A DNA stretch of 63,010 nucleotides, filler included, from Reticulomyxa filosa (GCA_000512085.1; 22 parts of 22 records of this genome joined end to end with filler, not necessarily neighbours in it); one strand, 5' to 3'. Positions 1 to 11,636 are shown, numbered from the whole stretch's first letter. Program-made: numbers and translations. Notes: generated from the sequence alone by a model not told the origin.

Positions 1-1295
1 GTTACAAACTTGAATATTATACATTTATGATTAACAAACATTTCGCAGCCAAATATTATATTTGTTTTTAGGTAATCTTGTGAATTTTGTTGAACGTAAA
101 GAATCTTCAATTACTTTGCATTCAACGTATTAAATCACATCTCAATAGTATCGAATACAAGTATCATTTAAAATCTCTTCACGAACAAATTCTTTTTAAC
201 TATTTTTTAAGCTCATTTTTAAAAACTCTGAGCCAAACAACTGGAAAACGATTCGAGAACGCGTTTATTGTTATTACAAAGCTTTTAGTGTGAATGAGGA
301 AGCTTGTGTATTGGCTCCATAAAGAGTGCTATTATTTATGACGATATTCTCGGTACTGACATTCAACAATTGGATAACATGTTTTTGCATTCAGAATGTA
401 TCTCAACTGGAGTTAACATTAACTTTCGTCTTTCTTGGAAAGCTGTCAAGCAACAATTTTTTTCCAACAGTGTCAGATTCTAGTCCCAATGATAAAAAAT
501 GCTAGTTTGTGTTGTATGCTCACAAACCACAAAGTTAGTAAGACAATTGAAGAAAGTGCGTCTTGTTCTGGTCAGTTTCTATTTTTTCCTTTTTTTTGAG
601 AATAGAATTGAAAGTTTTTTAAAAAAACACATTTTAAAAAAGAAGAAGAAAGTATTTTTCTTTTTTACTCATCTTTTAATGTTAGATTGTATGAAACAGT
701 TGAAAATTGGACAGATTGCCAAAGAATTGTTTCCAGTAAAATGAATGTCGTACACTCGTGATGTCTTCAAATATTATCTTATTCGCATTTCAAATTTTTT
801 TCTACACAAAGTGAAACAAATCAAAAACTTTAATACCATTAAATAATTGTATAAGATTACAAAAATCAGTCTCAACGTGATGTGCAACAAAAACACTGTA
901 GCAAGGGACATGGTTCCATTTTTTTATTTTGCTTGCCTGTCATCAATTATTGTTTTTTAACCTACATTCACTCTTTACCATAACAACGAACAAGTGGACT
1001 GATGTTAGTTGTTTAGATTTTGTGTGTAGTATTCTTTCAACACTTTTGTTAAAAATAAACTTGGCTCATGTGCAAAGTTATTCAATAAGATTTTTAAGTT
1101 TCTTAAAAAGGATACTGACGAAAAAAACGAAAGAGTGTTAATATTCACACTTACTTCAAAGCTTGGTTTTTTAGTCTCGCTGTAATTGCGCATTGTTTAT
1201 GCATTTAGCGAAAAAAAGCGAATGAGTTGAAAGGGTCTAGCGAGTGTTGAGTCTAAAACAAAACAAAAAAAATTAAAACAAATAAAAAGATAATA

Positions 1296-1645
1296 ATGGA
1301 ACCCGCAGATTATGCCGGCCATATTCAGCTGCCAGCCCTTGCCTCGATGAAGGATATAGAGGCTCAGCTACAAGATAGTCGTTGGTGGAGAGCGTGTGTG
1401 GCGGGCTCATGCGCAGGGCTCGTGGAGCACTCGACCTTATATCCAGTTTAGAATGGCACCCCTCCTTCTTCAACCTCCAAGATGCATTGCATAATTTTCT
1501 CCCTTCTCCCCTTATGTGTGTGTGTTCATCATTATCCAACAAAACGTAACAGATAGATACCGTAAAGACGCGTTTACAGTCGATACTTCATACAAAGCTA
1601 AATGGTGATGTAGTGTACAAAGGATTTTTTGACTGTTTTCAAAAA
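1296..1645 (+). CDS. Mitochondrial carrier (SLC25), mitoferrin-like; first two exons, 3' truncated
   Basis: Not in the ORF track. ATG at 1296; exon 1296-1445, GT-AG intron 1446-1552, exon 1553-1645. The spliced product reads ...WWRACVAGSCAGLVEHSTLYP|IDTVKTRLQS...YKGFFDCFQK. It has the carrier signature Px[DE]xx[KR]xR, and AGxxEHxxxYP is typical of mitoferrin/MRS3-4. Confidence 0.85.
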
Positions 1646-1827
1646 GTTGAATTTTAACAACAACGAGCTCAGATCACAATGACCCTTTTTTTTTTTTCCC
1701 TCCTTCGCCTCCCCCCCCTTTCCTCTACCCTCCTTCTTTCAAAAAAAAAAAAACAACAACAAAATAAATAAATAAATAACAAATTCAAACAATATCAAAA
1801 AAAAAAAAAAAAAATAAGAAAAGAATA

Positions 1828-1927
1828 NNNNNNNNNNNNNNNNNNNNNNNNNNNNNNNNNNNNNNNNNNNNTTAATTAATTAANNNNNNNNNNNNNNNNN
1901 NNNNNNNNNNNNNNNNNNNNNNNNNNN
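1828..1927. other. Artificial contig linker (N44-TTAATTAATTAA-N44), first of 21
   Basis: The same 100-nt spacer, with stops in all six frames, also starts at 5507, 6779, 7894, 9056, 10851, 18596, 23723, 25207, 34708, 38265, 42444, 44525, 45734, 46976, 48118, 49601, 54460, 59166, 60664 and 61911. Confidence 0.98.
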
Positions 1928-2047
1928 TTTTTTTTTTATTAAAAATAATCCAAATTTGTATACGTACATCATTGCAGCGAAAGTGAGTTTTTGTACTGTT
2001 GTTGTTTTTTTTTCCATTCTTTCCAAAGAAATAGACAATATGTGGAG

Positions 2048-2764
2048 TTAGTTATATAAAATATATAAATATATATGTATATACATATATATATGTGTAT
2101 ATGCATCTTGATAAGTGCATCGTAATATAATTACCTGTGTAACATCCCCAAAACCCAGGGATAGGCTCGATGACGATACTCCTTTGAGTGGGGGGCATGT
2201 ACGGATATCTGCCACTCCAAAGTAATGAATGCCACCACTATTAGTGAACGTAATCACATCAAACTTCCATGAATGTACGCCTCTTTCTCGAACGCTAAAT
2301 CCTTCCTCTGTTATCAACAAGTGGTTGTTTTTGTCGGATTCCGATTCATTGTCGAAATCATTCCATATGGTTTGCACTGCGCTCGTCCTTGAACAGAGTC
2401 TGCTTTTCTTTGTCTGTGTTTGCTCTTTGTTTGCTCCGGCGCTGCCATTGCTGCTCCTTCTCCGTTTTTGGCAAATGATTGTGTCGTACACATTCGTGGG
2501 TAGCATCTCATCCACGATGTGCACGCAAGGATGCATATCTTCACAATATGCTTTGAAACGCATGTACAATGCACAAAATGCACAAACGAGATCGGTCAAA
2601 TCTAAGGGCCAAATTTTGTTCGGCTGGTCGTGAAACAGCTTTCGAAACCAGTGCTCGACAATCAATTGTCGGCTTTTGAAAGTTGTTGGAGAGAATCGAT
2701 GTAACGGTGTCACTGTCGAACTTTGGCTAACCATTTGGATTACGGATTTAAAGAGATCTTGCAT
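2048..2764 (-). CDS. Hypothetical protein with N-terminal helical motif and possible SPRY/B30.2-like domain; first exon, runs into an intron near 2135
   Basis: 238-aa ORF. N-terminal motif LIVEHWFRKL...WPLDLTDLVCAFC. GVHSWKFDV...YFGVAD resembles the SPRY pattern G.HYWEV...IGVA. The ORF tail (YIYMYIHIYLY) is intronic TA-repeat. Confidence 0.5.
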   Translation of the reverse strand: MQDLFKSVIQMVSQSSTVTPLHRFSPTTFKSRQLIVEHWFRKLFHDQPNKIWPLDLTDLVCAFCALYMRFKAYCEDMHPCVHIVDEMLPTNVYDTIICQKRRRSSNGSAGANKEQTQTKKSRLCSRTSAVQTIWNDFDNESESDKNNHLLITEEGFSVRERGVHSWKFDVITFTNSGGIHYFGVADIRTCPPLKGVSSSSLSLGFGDVTQVIILRCTYQDAYTHIYMYIHIYLYILYN

Positions 2765-3922
2765 GTTAACAAGCTAGCTTGTGTTTACGAGGAGTTTCCA
2801 GGATTATGAAGAGCGCACTAAAATTGCGGGGCCCTTTTTTTTATACTCGGCTTGCACTTTAACGTGATAAGGAACATCTTCCATCTATTAAACAAAACTT
2901 GAGTCCGTTCATGCAATTCATCGAGCAGATTTTGACTGAGAAATTTTTGGTAACCAAGATCTCAATTTTAACATTGTTTAGAAATGCTTTTAACGTGCTA
3001 AAATATGAGTTTTAAACAAAAAGTAATAACTGCATACAAAAAATCACGCTGGTTTATTTAAGAGTAAATACCCTTAAAACATCAAGCAAAAAACACGAAC
3101 GCTTCATTTTTAAGCCATCTAAGAAGCGAAAATCAATATCAAAGTAGAGGAGACAAACCAACACAAATGTTTCATTGAATAAATGGCTTAACACAAAACA
3201 ACCAGTAAGACACATTTTTTGGATTAAGATTACGTAATAATCTAGTGGAAGAACGTGAGTAGACGACTAGTTGGTTAAACTTTACAAGTGCAGATAGACT
3301 TTTTTTTTCATTATCAATTGACTATTCAATTCGTGTTTTTCAAGGCTTGACAACACGAAATCAAATTATAACAATACGTGGAACAAGCTAAGCTCCAAAC
3401 CAGTTGGATCAGAAGTGAGAACATGCGTTGAGTTGTCTTGAGTAGTGGTTAATCTATCCAAAATCCTTTTGGTAGTTGTGCTCTATTTTTCCCAAGCTTT
3501 CATTAAATGCTAGTTCTATCTCCTGTAACTTTAGTTTTAAATTTCAATCTTATCTTTATTCATTACTCTTTTCCTCCGAGTCTAGCACATCAAAAAAGGA
3601 TCTGACTCGATATTTATTTGCAGTATTTGAGTTTTACAAGGAAAAATACGTTTTAAGGCGAAAGACTTTGGCAAACGAAACAGATTTTATGCCACGATTG
3701 ATCATAGATTTAAACAATTTGGCCTGACCTCAAAAAACATGGCTTTAGGTGTACAGAAGAATTTTAGTAGCAATGCAAAAAAAAAAAAAAATTAATACTA
3801 TGTTTTATGTTAGATATATTTTTGACAAACATGGTCAACTCAACAAAATTATCGCAAAAAATAAAAAAGATTTGCAATGCACAGTTTCAAGGTTACAACG
3901 ATCTCTGACACAAAACAAAAAA

Positions 3923-5464
3923 CTAACTTTTGTCACCTCTCATATAATTAAGTTGTGCAGATGTTGTTAGCTCTACGGACTGATTTTTGTTGAGAGTTTC
4001 AACGGGAATTTGGGCGACGGCAACCGGCTGTGGAGTAGCAGTGCCGTTCGGTTCCTGCGGTTGTTCATTTGTGGTGGTGGGGTTGGTTTGTGGTTCCCCT
4101 TTTTCTCCGTCCGTGTCAAGGTCGACATCTTCAAAGATTCGATCAGTGCTAAGCGCCATGGTCAGCGAAGAGATCTTTTCATTTTTGGCTTTGGAATACT
4201 TGCTCGACTCTGGCAAGAATCTTTCCAGAACAATATCAGTAATAAACGAAGCAATGCCAATATAGGCGAGTCCCGCTCCAAACGTTACACTCAATGCCGC
4301 GAATGAAAACTTGCCTGCTTTCCCGTCCACCACAAACACAAAGCGAACTCCAATCAATTTTCGTAGCCGTCGATTTGTGCCAGTAGGATTACTTTACACA
4401 TTTCCAATCAAAAAAAAAAAAAAAAAAAGATTTGAATTGCGGATTGATTTATTCATTAAAATAAATAAATAAATAAATATTTATATATTTATATATTTAT
4501 ATATGCATATGTGTGCATATTCGTACAAAAAAAAACATAACTAATCAGCGGTTCTAAAGTTATACCCCAGCGATACACTATTGGTGCTATTATCCAGCCT
4601 TTGGAACTGAAAGGTTGGATTACACTTATCGGCGCCATTGTCCAGGTTGCAATTCCATGTGGACGTGACGGCAATAATGGCCCCCTTCTTTGCTAACAGT
4701 TTGACGTTCTTCATCTTGCCCCCTGTCGCACGACTCAACATGTCGTTGACCTCAAACAGGTTGTATCCCAAAATTGGGGCCCCGTTGTGGTCGCGGTCTT
4801 CCAAGTTCGATCGACTCACTCCAAACGCCGCAAACCGCACATTCACTTTTACAAACACGGTAAAGTTGCCCACGTTGTTCACTATGCCCAATGGCGCACT
4901 GCTGTTTTCCAAAGGACACCAGCCGTATATCTCACAATACTTGTTCGACCCACACACCCCCGTGGTTATGCCATACGAATCGGCCGTGTATACGTTCGAG
5001 GGGCAATCGCTGTTCGTTGTGCATTTGCCCTACGTATTGTTATTTCATTTTATTTGTACTTACTATACATTGTAAGGTGGGAGGGAGAGGGGAGAGGGGA
5101 GAGGGGAGAGAGAAGGAGGAGAAACAAACAACTTAACAATATCTTTGCTGCCCGGACAAACTCGAACTGTTTGGTTAGGTGTAGTCAATAACGCAGTTGT
5201 GACGAACAATGCATCCTGCTCGGCAGGTGGATATACTATTAGTCAGTGTCAGATGTAGAACATTTCCTTTGTTATCAATCATATTTCAAACTTGCAAAAC
5301 ACAGGCTCAGATCATCATGTTCTTTTCTTCTTCTTCCTCCCTCCCCCCCCCCTCCTCTCTCCTTTTCTTCCCTAATTCAATTCGACTCAACTCAAATCAG
5401 TGCTGTCATAAGGGATTGCTTTTTGCCAGTTCGAATAATTTCCAATTGATCCGGTGCCTTTTAC
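3923..5464 (-). CDS. P2X purinoceptor (ATP-gated cation channel), multi-exon, 5' truncated
   Basis: Exons translate to VKGTGS...YDSTDL, YPPAEQDALFVTTALLTTPNQTVRVCP, CEIYGWCPLE, NFTVFVKVNVRF, GAIIAVTSTWNCNLD...CNPTFQFQRLD, GYNFRTADY, RRLRKLIGVRFVFVVDGKAGKFSF, then TM2 and YSKAK (YxxxK). These are hallmark P2X motifs. Confidence 0.95.
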
Positions 5465-5606
5465 CTTTTTTTTTTTGTTGTTGGCCCCTTCAAATTTTTT
5501 TTTTTTNNNNNNNNNNNNNNNNNNNNNNNNNNNNNNNNNNNNNNNNNNNNTTAATTAATTAANNNNNNNNNNNNNNNNNNNNNNNNNNNNNNNNNNNNNN
5601 NNNNNN

Positions 5607-5774
5607 AACGGGCTTGTCGACCCCGAGAAGACCCGCATCGCCCATCTTCTTGAACAGCTCGTGGGCCGGAAACTGCCCGTCCTTCTCCCACTGGTCGACA
5701 TAGGGATTGATCTCGCGATCGATCAGCGTCTTCCAGGTCTGGCGCAGCGCCTCATGCTCGGGGGTGAACTTCAT
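5607..5774 (-). CDS. atuD: Bacterial acyl-CoA dehydrogenase, citronellyl-CoA dehydrogenase-like; N-terminus only
   Basis: MKFTPEHEALRQTWKTLIDREINPYVDQWEKDGQFPAHELFKKMGDAGLLGVDKP matches the AtuD-type N-terminus. The ATG is 2 nt after the upstream stop, with a GAGG Shine-Dalgarno-like element inside the end of the upstream gene. Confidence 0.7.
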
Positions 5775-5776
5775 GG

Positions 5777-6778
5777 TTACATCCTCGCAACGCCGAAGGT
5801 GATGGGATTGAGCGGTCGCACGATCGATTCGCGCGCGACTGACAGGGTGAAGGCCAGGACCCGCCGCGTGTCGCGCGGGTCGATGATGCCGTCGTCCCAG
5901 AGATGGGCGGTGCCGTAGAGCGCCGTCGATTCGCGCTCGAACTGGTCGACGATGCCCTTGAACATCTTGTCGATCTGTTCGTGCGGCGGCTCCTTGCCCT
6001 CGCGCAGGAACTTCTGCTCGGTCACGGTCTTCATGACGCCGGCCGCCTGCTCGCCACCCATCACGGCGGTGCGGCTGTTGGGCCAGGCGAAGATGAAGCG
6101 CGGATCGAAGGCGCGGCCGCACATGCCGTAGTTGCCGGCGCCGAAGCTGCCGCCGATCACGATGGTGATCTGCGGCACGGTCGCGTTGGCGACCGCCTGG
6201 ATCATCTTGGAGCCGTGCTTGACGATGCCGCCGCGCTCGCTCTCGGTGCCGACCATGTAGCCGGTGGTGTTCTGCAGGTAGACGATGGGCGTGCCCTGCT
6301 GGCAGCAGAGCTGGATGAACTGGGCGGCCTTGACGGCGCCCTTGGCGGTGATCGGGCCGTTGTTGCCGATCAGCGCCACCGGTTCGCCCTCGATCGCGGC
6401 CCAGCCGCAGATCGTCTGCTGGTCGAACAGCGCCTTGAATTCGAGGAAGTCCGAGCCGTCGACGATGCGAGCGATCACCTCGCGCACGTCGTAGGGTTCC
6501 TTGTGCGACGGCGGGACGACGCCGCACAGTTCCTCGACATCGTAGAGCGGCTCCTTGAAAGGCCGCTCAGTGCGCGGCGGCAGCCGGTCGTTCCAGTGCC
6601 ATTTGGCGATCACGTCGCGCGCCATGCGGATGCCGTCGGCGTCGTTCTCGGCCATCCATTCGGCGACGCCCGAAACGGTGGCATGCATCTCCGCGCCGCC
6701 CAGCTCCTCGTCGGTCGCGATCTCGCCGGTCGCGGCCTTGAGCAGCGGCGGCCCGCCAGGAATACCTTGGCCTGGTTG
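5777..6778 (-). CDS. atuC: Bacterial acyl-CoA carboxylase carboxyltransferase (beta) subunit, geranyl-CoA carboxylase beta-like; 5' truncated
   Basis: Motifs LLKAATGEIATDEELGGAEMHA, YDVREVIARIVDGSDFLEFK, YLQNTTGYMVG, GGSFGAGNYGMCGR, AVMGGEQAAGV, WDDGIIDPRDTR and C-terminal FGVARM. GC-rich and intronless. The family call is firm; the atuC assignment rests on the C-terminus and atuD adjacency. Confidence 0.8.
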   Translation of the reverse strand, partial: QPGQGIPGGPPLLKAATGEIATDEELGGAEMHATVSGVAEWMAENDADGIRMARDVIAKWHWNDRLPPRTERPFKEPLYDVEELCGVVPPSHKEPYDVREVIARIVDGSDFLEFKALFDQQTICGWAAIEGEPVALIGNNGPITAKGAVKAAQFIQLCCQQGTPIVYLQNTTGYMVGTESERGGIVKHGSKMIQAVANATVPQITIVIGGSFGAGNYGMCGRAFDPRFIFAWPNSRTAVMGGEQAAGVMKTVTEQKFLREGKEPPHEQIDKMFKGIVDQFERESTALYGTAHLWDDGIIDPRDTRRVLAFTLSVARESIVRPLNPITFGVARM

Positions 6779-6934
6779 NNNNNNNNNNNNNNNNNNNNNN
6801 NNNNNNNNNNNNNNNNNNNNNNTTAATTAATTAANNNNNNNNNNNNNNNNNNNNNNNNNNNNNNNNNNNNNNNNNNNNTTAGCCCTTGCTGTGCTAAAAT
6901 ATCGAGCATAATCTCTCCAAAGAAAAAAAAATAA

Positions 6935-7893
6935 ATGGCAACCTGTAATGTGGCAAAATGTAATTGCAAAAAATTTGCCTCCTCTCATTCGGAGCCGACA
7001 AACTGTGAATGCGGACATGCAGAATCGCAGCACTCAGACTCGAAAACAGGTAATAATGGCAGCAAAGCAAGGGGCACAGGTCCGCGTCCATCGGCATCAT
7101 ACAACAAGCCATTGCCACCAAAAGACAAGCCACTGCCAAAGAGGGAAGACAACGAAAAGAGTAGCAAAGGACAACATGCCGGAGAGGTCTTGCTTCCAGT
7201 GGCGACCAGTATAACCATGCATCAAGACAATAACAATAACAATAGCAATAGCAATAACAATGACAAGATTGCAGCGAGCAAACGATTGTCCGTAGGGAAT
7301 CGTCAGTCACGCCTTCCGTCGACGCATCAATATTCGCAGTCGGCGACATTGCCAGCGGCCAAAGCGAATGAAAAAAGCACAGGCCTGCAAACGTCCACGA
7401 CGATAACCATCCAACCCAAGCCATCGACCACCACGATAGCAAACGTAGTCCCGCCCACTGCTCATTCCAACGGCGGCAACATCACCAATGCCAATAATGC
7501 CATCAGCGAATTGAGAGATTATCTGGCGGAGTACAAGGAGGAGTCTACCCATTTGATGGACTTGGAAAATGGTTTTTAAATATATACATATATATATATA
7601 TATATATAATATATATGTATATATATATGTATATATACCTCTTTTTCAGTTTTAACTTGTACTTTTTTGGGTGGACACTTTGAAATGAAAATCAACACAA
7701 AGATTGGAATGAAGCGTATAATGCCCATGTGAAATCGATGGAAGCGACGTTTGAAGAGCTATATGCGCTGTTAAAGAAGCGACAAAGTAGTTTGAGGGAA
7801 GCCGCTGACGGGCTTTATCAACACAAAATCAATCAAATCCATCAGCAGAAAGACATTCTTCAAACCACTATTCAAGACCTTTCCAAAGTGTAG
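6935..7893 (+). CDS. Hypothetical protein: N-terminal Cys/His finger, low-complexity linker, B-box-C-terminal-like coiled coil; 3' truncated
   Basis: CNVAKCNCKKF...CECGHAESQH at the N-terminus. After an intron (~7572-7702) it reads DWNEAYNAHVKSMEATFEELYALLKKRQSSLREAADGLYQHKINQIHQQ, a coiled coil. Confidence 0.55.
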
Positions 7894-8633
7894 NNNNNNN
7901 NNNNNNNNNNNNNNNNNNNNNNNNNNNNNNNNNNNNNTTAATTAATTAANNNNNNNNNNNNNNNNNNNNNNNNNNNNNNNNNNNNNNNNNNNNCTTTCGT
8001 CTTTGAAGAATTGGAAAATTGTTAATTTTTTTTATGATTGAATGCAATAACTCTTAGCATAAATCATGTATAAAATTTCAGTACTGGCACAAGTCCTACA
8101 AAAATACAAACATTCACAAGCAAATGACAAACAGACATAGAGAAAAGCAGAAAATAAAGAAATCAGTTGGAAACAAGGAATGCAGAATCTTCTTGTTTTG
8201 CAATTTTTTTAGTCTAAATTAATTCGCATTTTTTTCTTTGCATGACCCATTCTTTTTGCTCAGGCAATAAGAGAAATTTTTGTCGTGCATATTCACGCTT
8301 CTTATTGATTGGCAGGTATATGATGACAAGCAATGTTTCACATGGCTATAACTAATGCAATTTGTAAAACATGTATCATCATTAAGTTGGAAAAATGAAA
8401 CTTCATTTGGCGGAACTACTATCTTAATAACTGCCAAAGATAAAAAAAAAGAAGATGATCCAATAAAATGTAAGTCTGTTTGAATTAAAAGTTGATTGAT
8501 GGTTAATTTGAATATTTCCATTGATCGCAATAAGTGCAGCTACAAAAAGTGCTGTGTTTGAAGTTTTTAAAAACTGTTTTGACGGAGGACAAAAAGGTAC
8601 CATCCCAATCTGCAAAAAATAATTAAGTAGACC

Positions 8634-9055
8634 ATGCCTGAAGAGGGAGAATTTCCCAACAATCAAGAGACCGAAACAGGTCTCCAGCCAAAATTTACTC
8701 CAAAGAGCGGAAGCAAAGGGGCAAGTAAATCAGGTTCCGGCAAGTCGCGTCAAACGAAAAAAACTCCTAAACAAATCCTCCAACCAAAAATCCCAACTCA
8801 AATTGCGGAAGGAAAATACGTAAATATTCTCTTTTTTTTTTTAGAGTTTTTTTCTGGAGAGAATTAATAGTTAAAAAAAAAGGAAATATAAATTAATATA
8901 AATAAATGTTAAATTAGTAACAATTGAGCCCATTAGCATTGATTATACTTGTATACCAACAAAAAGTGTGTTTGTTTGTAGCGTATGAACGCTCGTATTG
9001 GAAAGGGTGCTTTTGGTACCGTTTACAAAGCATATGATTCGGAAACAACACAACC
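8634..9055 (+). CDS. Ser/Thr protein kinase, N-terminal fragment
   Basis: Exon 1 ends EGKY, intron ~8820-8980, and exon 2 reads RMNARIGKGAFGTVYKAYDSETTQ (GxGxxG loop, subdomain I). Confidence 0.8.
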
Positions 9056-9419
9056 NNNNNNNNNNNNNNNNNNNNNNNNNNNNNNNNNNNNNNNNNNNNT
9101 TAATTAATTAANNNNNNNNNNNNNNNNNNNNNNNNNNNNNNNNNNNNNNNNNNNNTTGTAACTCAAAAATGTACAATTATCCTCTCTCTCTCTCTTTCTA
9201 TCTCTTCCTCCCTTTTCATGAATGAATGTATCAAAAAATCAAATTGCTTTTTTTTGAATTTGTTTTATGTTTGTGAAATTGTCCAGGAGGGTTTAAGATG
9301 GATAGACAGAAGACGGACTTTGAAAAGTGAACATGTGTATTGGCTTTGTTTGATCTGGGCTTGCACTTGGTGCATATCGTATTTTTATGGATATCAGCAA
9401 TTACAACGTCCTACATAGG

Positions 9420-10285
9420 CAAACAAGAAGAGTGATATTAGATCTTTCATACCATATGGAATGTGATATGATTACATCATGGGATGAACATGGAAAATGC
9501 GTGGATTCATGGATTATTTAGGTTAAAAATATATATATGTATGTATATATTTTAATAAATAAACAAAATTGTTTGTCAATAAATATAAAAGTGAGAACCT
9601 GAAAATCGTCCAATTTTATTAACAGACACAACATTAAATCCAAAAACGAATCGTTTGAAAATGGTATTTGTAATGAATATTCTTAATATTAAAAAAAATA
9701 GATAATGTTGGAAAAATTCAACAAATAATATTATCGCCATATGACGAAAATGCATATACAGAATTCCGATGAAGAAACTACTCCATCATGTGTCAATTTA
9801 TGGAGAATATACAATATCTCATAGTATTGAAAGATTAGATATTGGTGGAAGAGATTTGACAGAGCATTTAATGAAGACCTTAATGAATAAAACAAACAGA
9901 AAGAGAAATAGTAAGAGATATAAAAGAAACATTGGTTCTGTTAGTTTAAATCAAGATAATAACAACAATAATAATAATGTTGAATATGAATTACTTGATG
10001 GACAGATTTTATCTATTGGTGAAGAAAGATTTAAATGTACAGAATTAACATTAGTCTTGTGATCTTCATCTGGAGGAAATACTTTGTTTCCAAATATGAA
10101 AGAACGCATTCAAATAGAACTTAAAAATCTGTTCCATTTAATCAGATCTCGTATCATGTAGAGGTTCCGAATGCTAGAAAATATAGTGTATTGATTGGAG
10201 GCAGTATACTTTCTTCTTTACCTGTCTTTCGTGAACTTTGGATTGATAAAATGGAATTTTCTGAAAGTAAAGGAAATGCTATTTT
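9420..10285 (+). pseudogene. Degenerate actin/actin-related pseudogene with a retained intron
   Basis: Fragments ENRPILLTDTTLNPKTNRLKM, HSIERLDIGGRDLTEHLMK, YELLDGQILSIGEERFKCTE, SGGNTLFPNMKERIQIELKNL and RKYSVLIGGSILSSL...WIDKMEF. They are broken by stops, frameshifts and deletions; intron ~9522-9591. Confidence 0.8.
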
Positions 10286-11006
10286 ACGAAAATGTTTTTA
10301 ACTTTTGCTAACGCTTGATTTTTTTGATGTTTTGAGTTGTTAAAAATAACTTTTTTTGAGGCGATCACCCCTTTTTTTTTTTTTGGACCAATCTTACACT
10401 TCATGTTTTGTTTCACAAAACGCAAAATGCTCAGCTGCTTGTAAAGCAGACTTTTTTGTCTGCATTCTTTTTGTGGGCTATTATTCGTCATGTTTTCTTG
10501 TGGACAAGATGTAACGTTTTTGAACAAACTACGTAAACAGGCTTGTAGAACAAAAAAGTCGGCATTTGTGGTAAATGTGGTACCCGTTACTGATGCTTCT
10601 CTCAGCTCAAAGAAACACATTAAAAAACCTTGAAATTAGCCAAAGTAAGCCTCTCCCCTCAAAACGAATTTTTTTTAAAAGATTATTTAATAAATTGTGA
10701 TTCGTATGTACTTTTTGCAGTACCGATTATTGCAACTGTCACAAGATCAGTTATTAAAAGATTAGAGATAACAAGGATTTGTAAACCCAACAAATCTTTT
10801 GTTTTTTTGGCACTCGTTTTTGAATACTGTGTTAAAAAAAGAAAAAAAAANNNNNNNNNNNNNNNNNNNNNNNNNNNNNNNNNNNNNNNNNNNNTTAATT
10901 AATTAANNNNNNNNNNNNNNNNNNNNNNNNNNNNNNNNNNNNNNNNNNNNATAAAAAAAAAAAAAAAAAAAAAAAAAAATGGGATTTTATGTAATGGATG
11001 CAAACC

Positions 11007-11294
11007 AGAAAATAGGGAAACGTTAATTGATGCTTCTGCTGTCGTTTGTCCTAATTGTCGCTTCAAAAACAATGTCAGAGATCCTAACAATCCATAGTAT
11101 GCCAAGCGCTCGCAGAACTCACATCCGATTATCGACGCTGTTACTATCCGTAACTGACTTCGCCTTTCTTTTTCTCTGTAATCTTTCAAAATTGAAGTAG
11201 ACGACGCCAAAGACGGCTTTATAATCAATGTATTTGTATTGTTGTCAATTAAAGGCGATAGTGCGGTTGGATCCTTTGCGGAAAAAGAGGACAT
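11007..11294 (-). CDS. Proton-dependent oligopeptide transporter (POT/PTR/SLC15), first exon
   Basis: CEFCERLAYYGLLGSLTLFL is the ExxERxxYY proton-coupling motif of TM1, followed by TM2. The gene is cut by the contig end. Confidence 0.85.
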
Positions 11295-11636
11295 ACTGCC
11301 ACTTAATTGTTGTTCCTCTTACATTCAGTGCATTCCCCAAAAGTACACGTTTTCTTTTTACTTTTTTTGCTTAGCCATATTTTTCAAACTATAAAAGATA
11401 CAAGCTAATTCTTTTTTAAAAGTATATACCTTGACTTGAAGATTTCTAAAAAATAAATGAAAAATTAAAAAATTGCTTATTGGCAATACCAGTTGGTTTA
11501 AATACATTCACGCGAATTTTGAAAAACATTTAAAAAATAATGTTTTTGATCAACTTAAAAAAAAGTTATTAAAACAAACATTAAAAAATATCTACAAATA
11601 TTGTAGTTTTTAAATATGAAATTGGTTTTTTATGGA

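Noticed and set aside
5559-6830. Long overlapping ORFs (5559-6527 minus, 5903-6826 plus and others)
   Set aside because: Shadow ORFs of high-GC coding DNA. Only the last ~55 codons of the 5559-6527 frame are real (the dehydrogenase start).
3923-7893. Apparent insertion of bacterial genes between eukaryotic genes (HGT island)
   Set aside because: The bacterial segment is its own contig bounded by linkers, so the adjacency carries no information.
8634-9055. WNK-type kinase assignment
   Set aside because: The glycine loop reads GKGAFG and lacks the WNK lysine (GxGxFK). The fragment is too short to classify.
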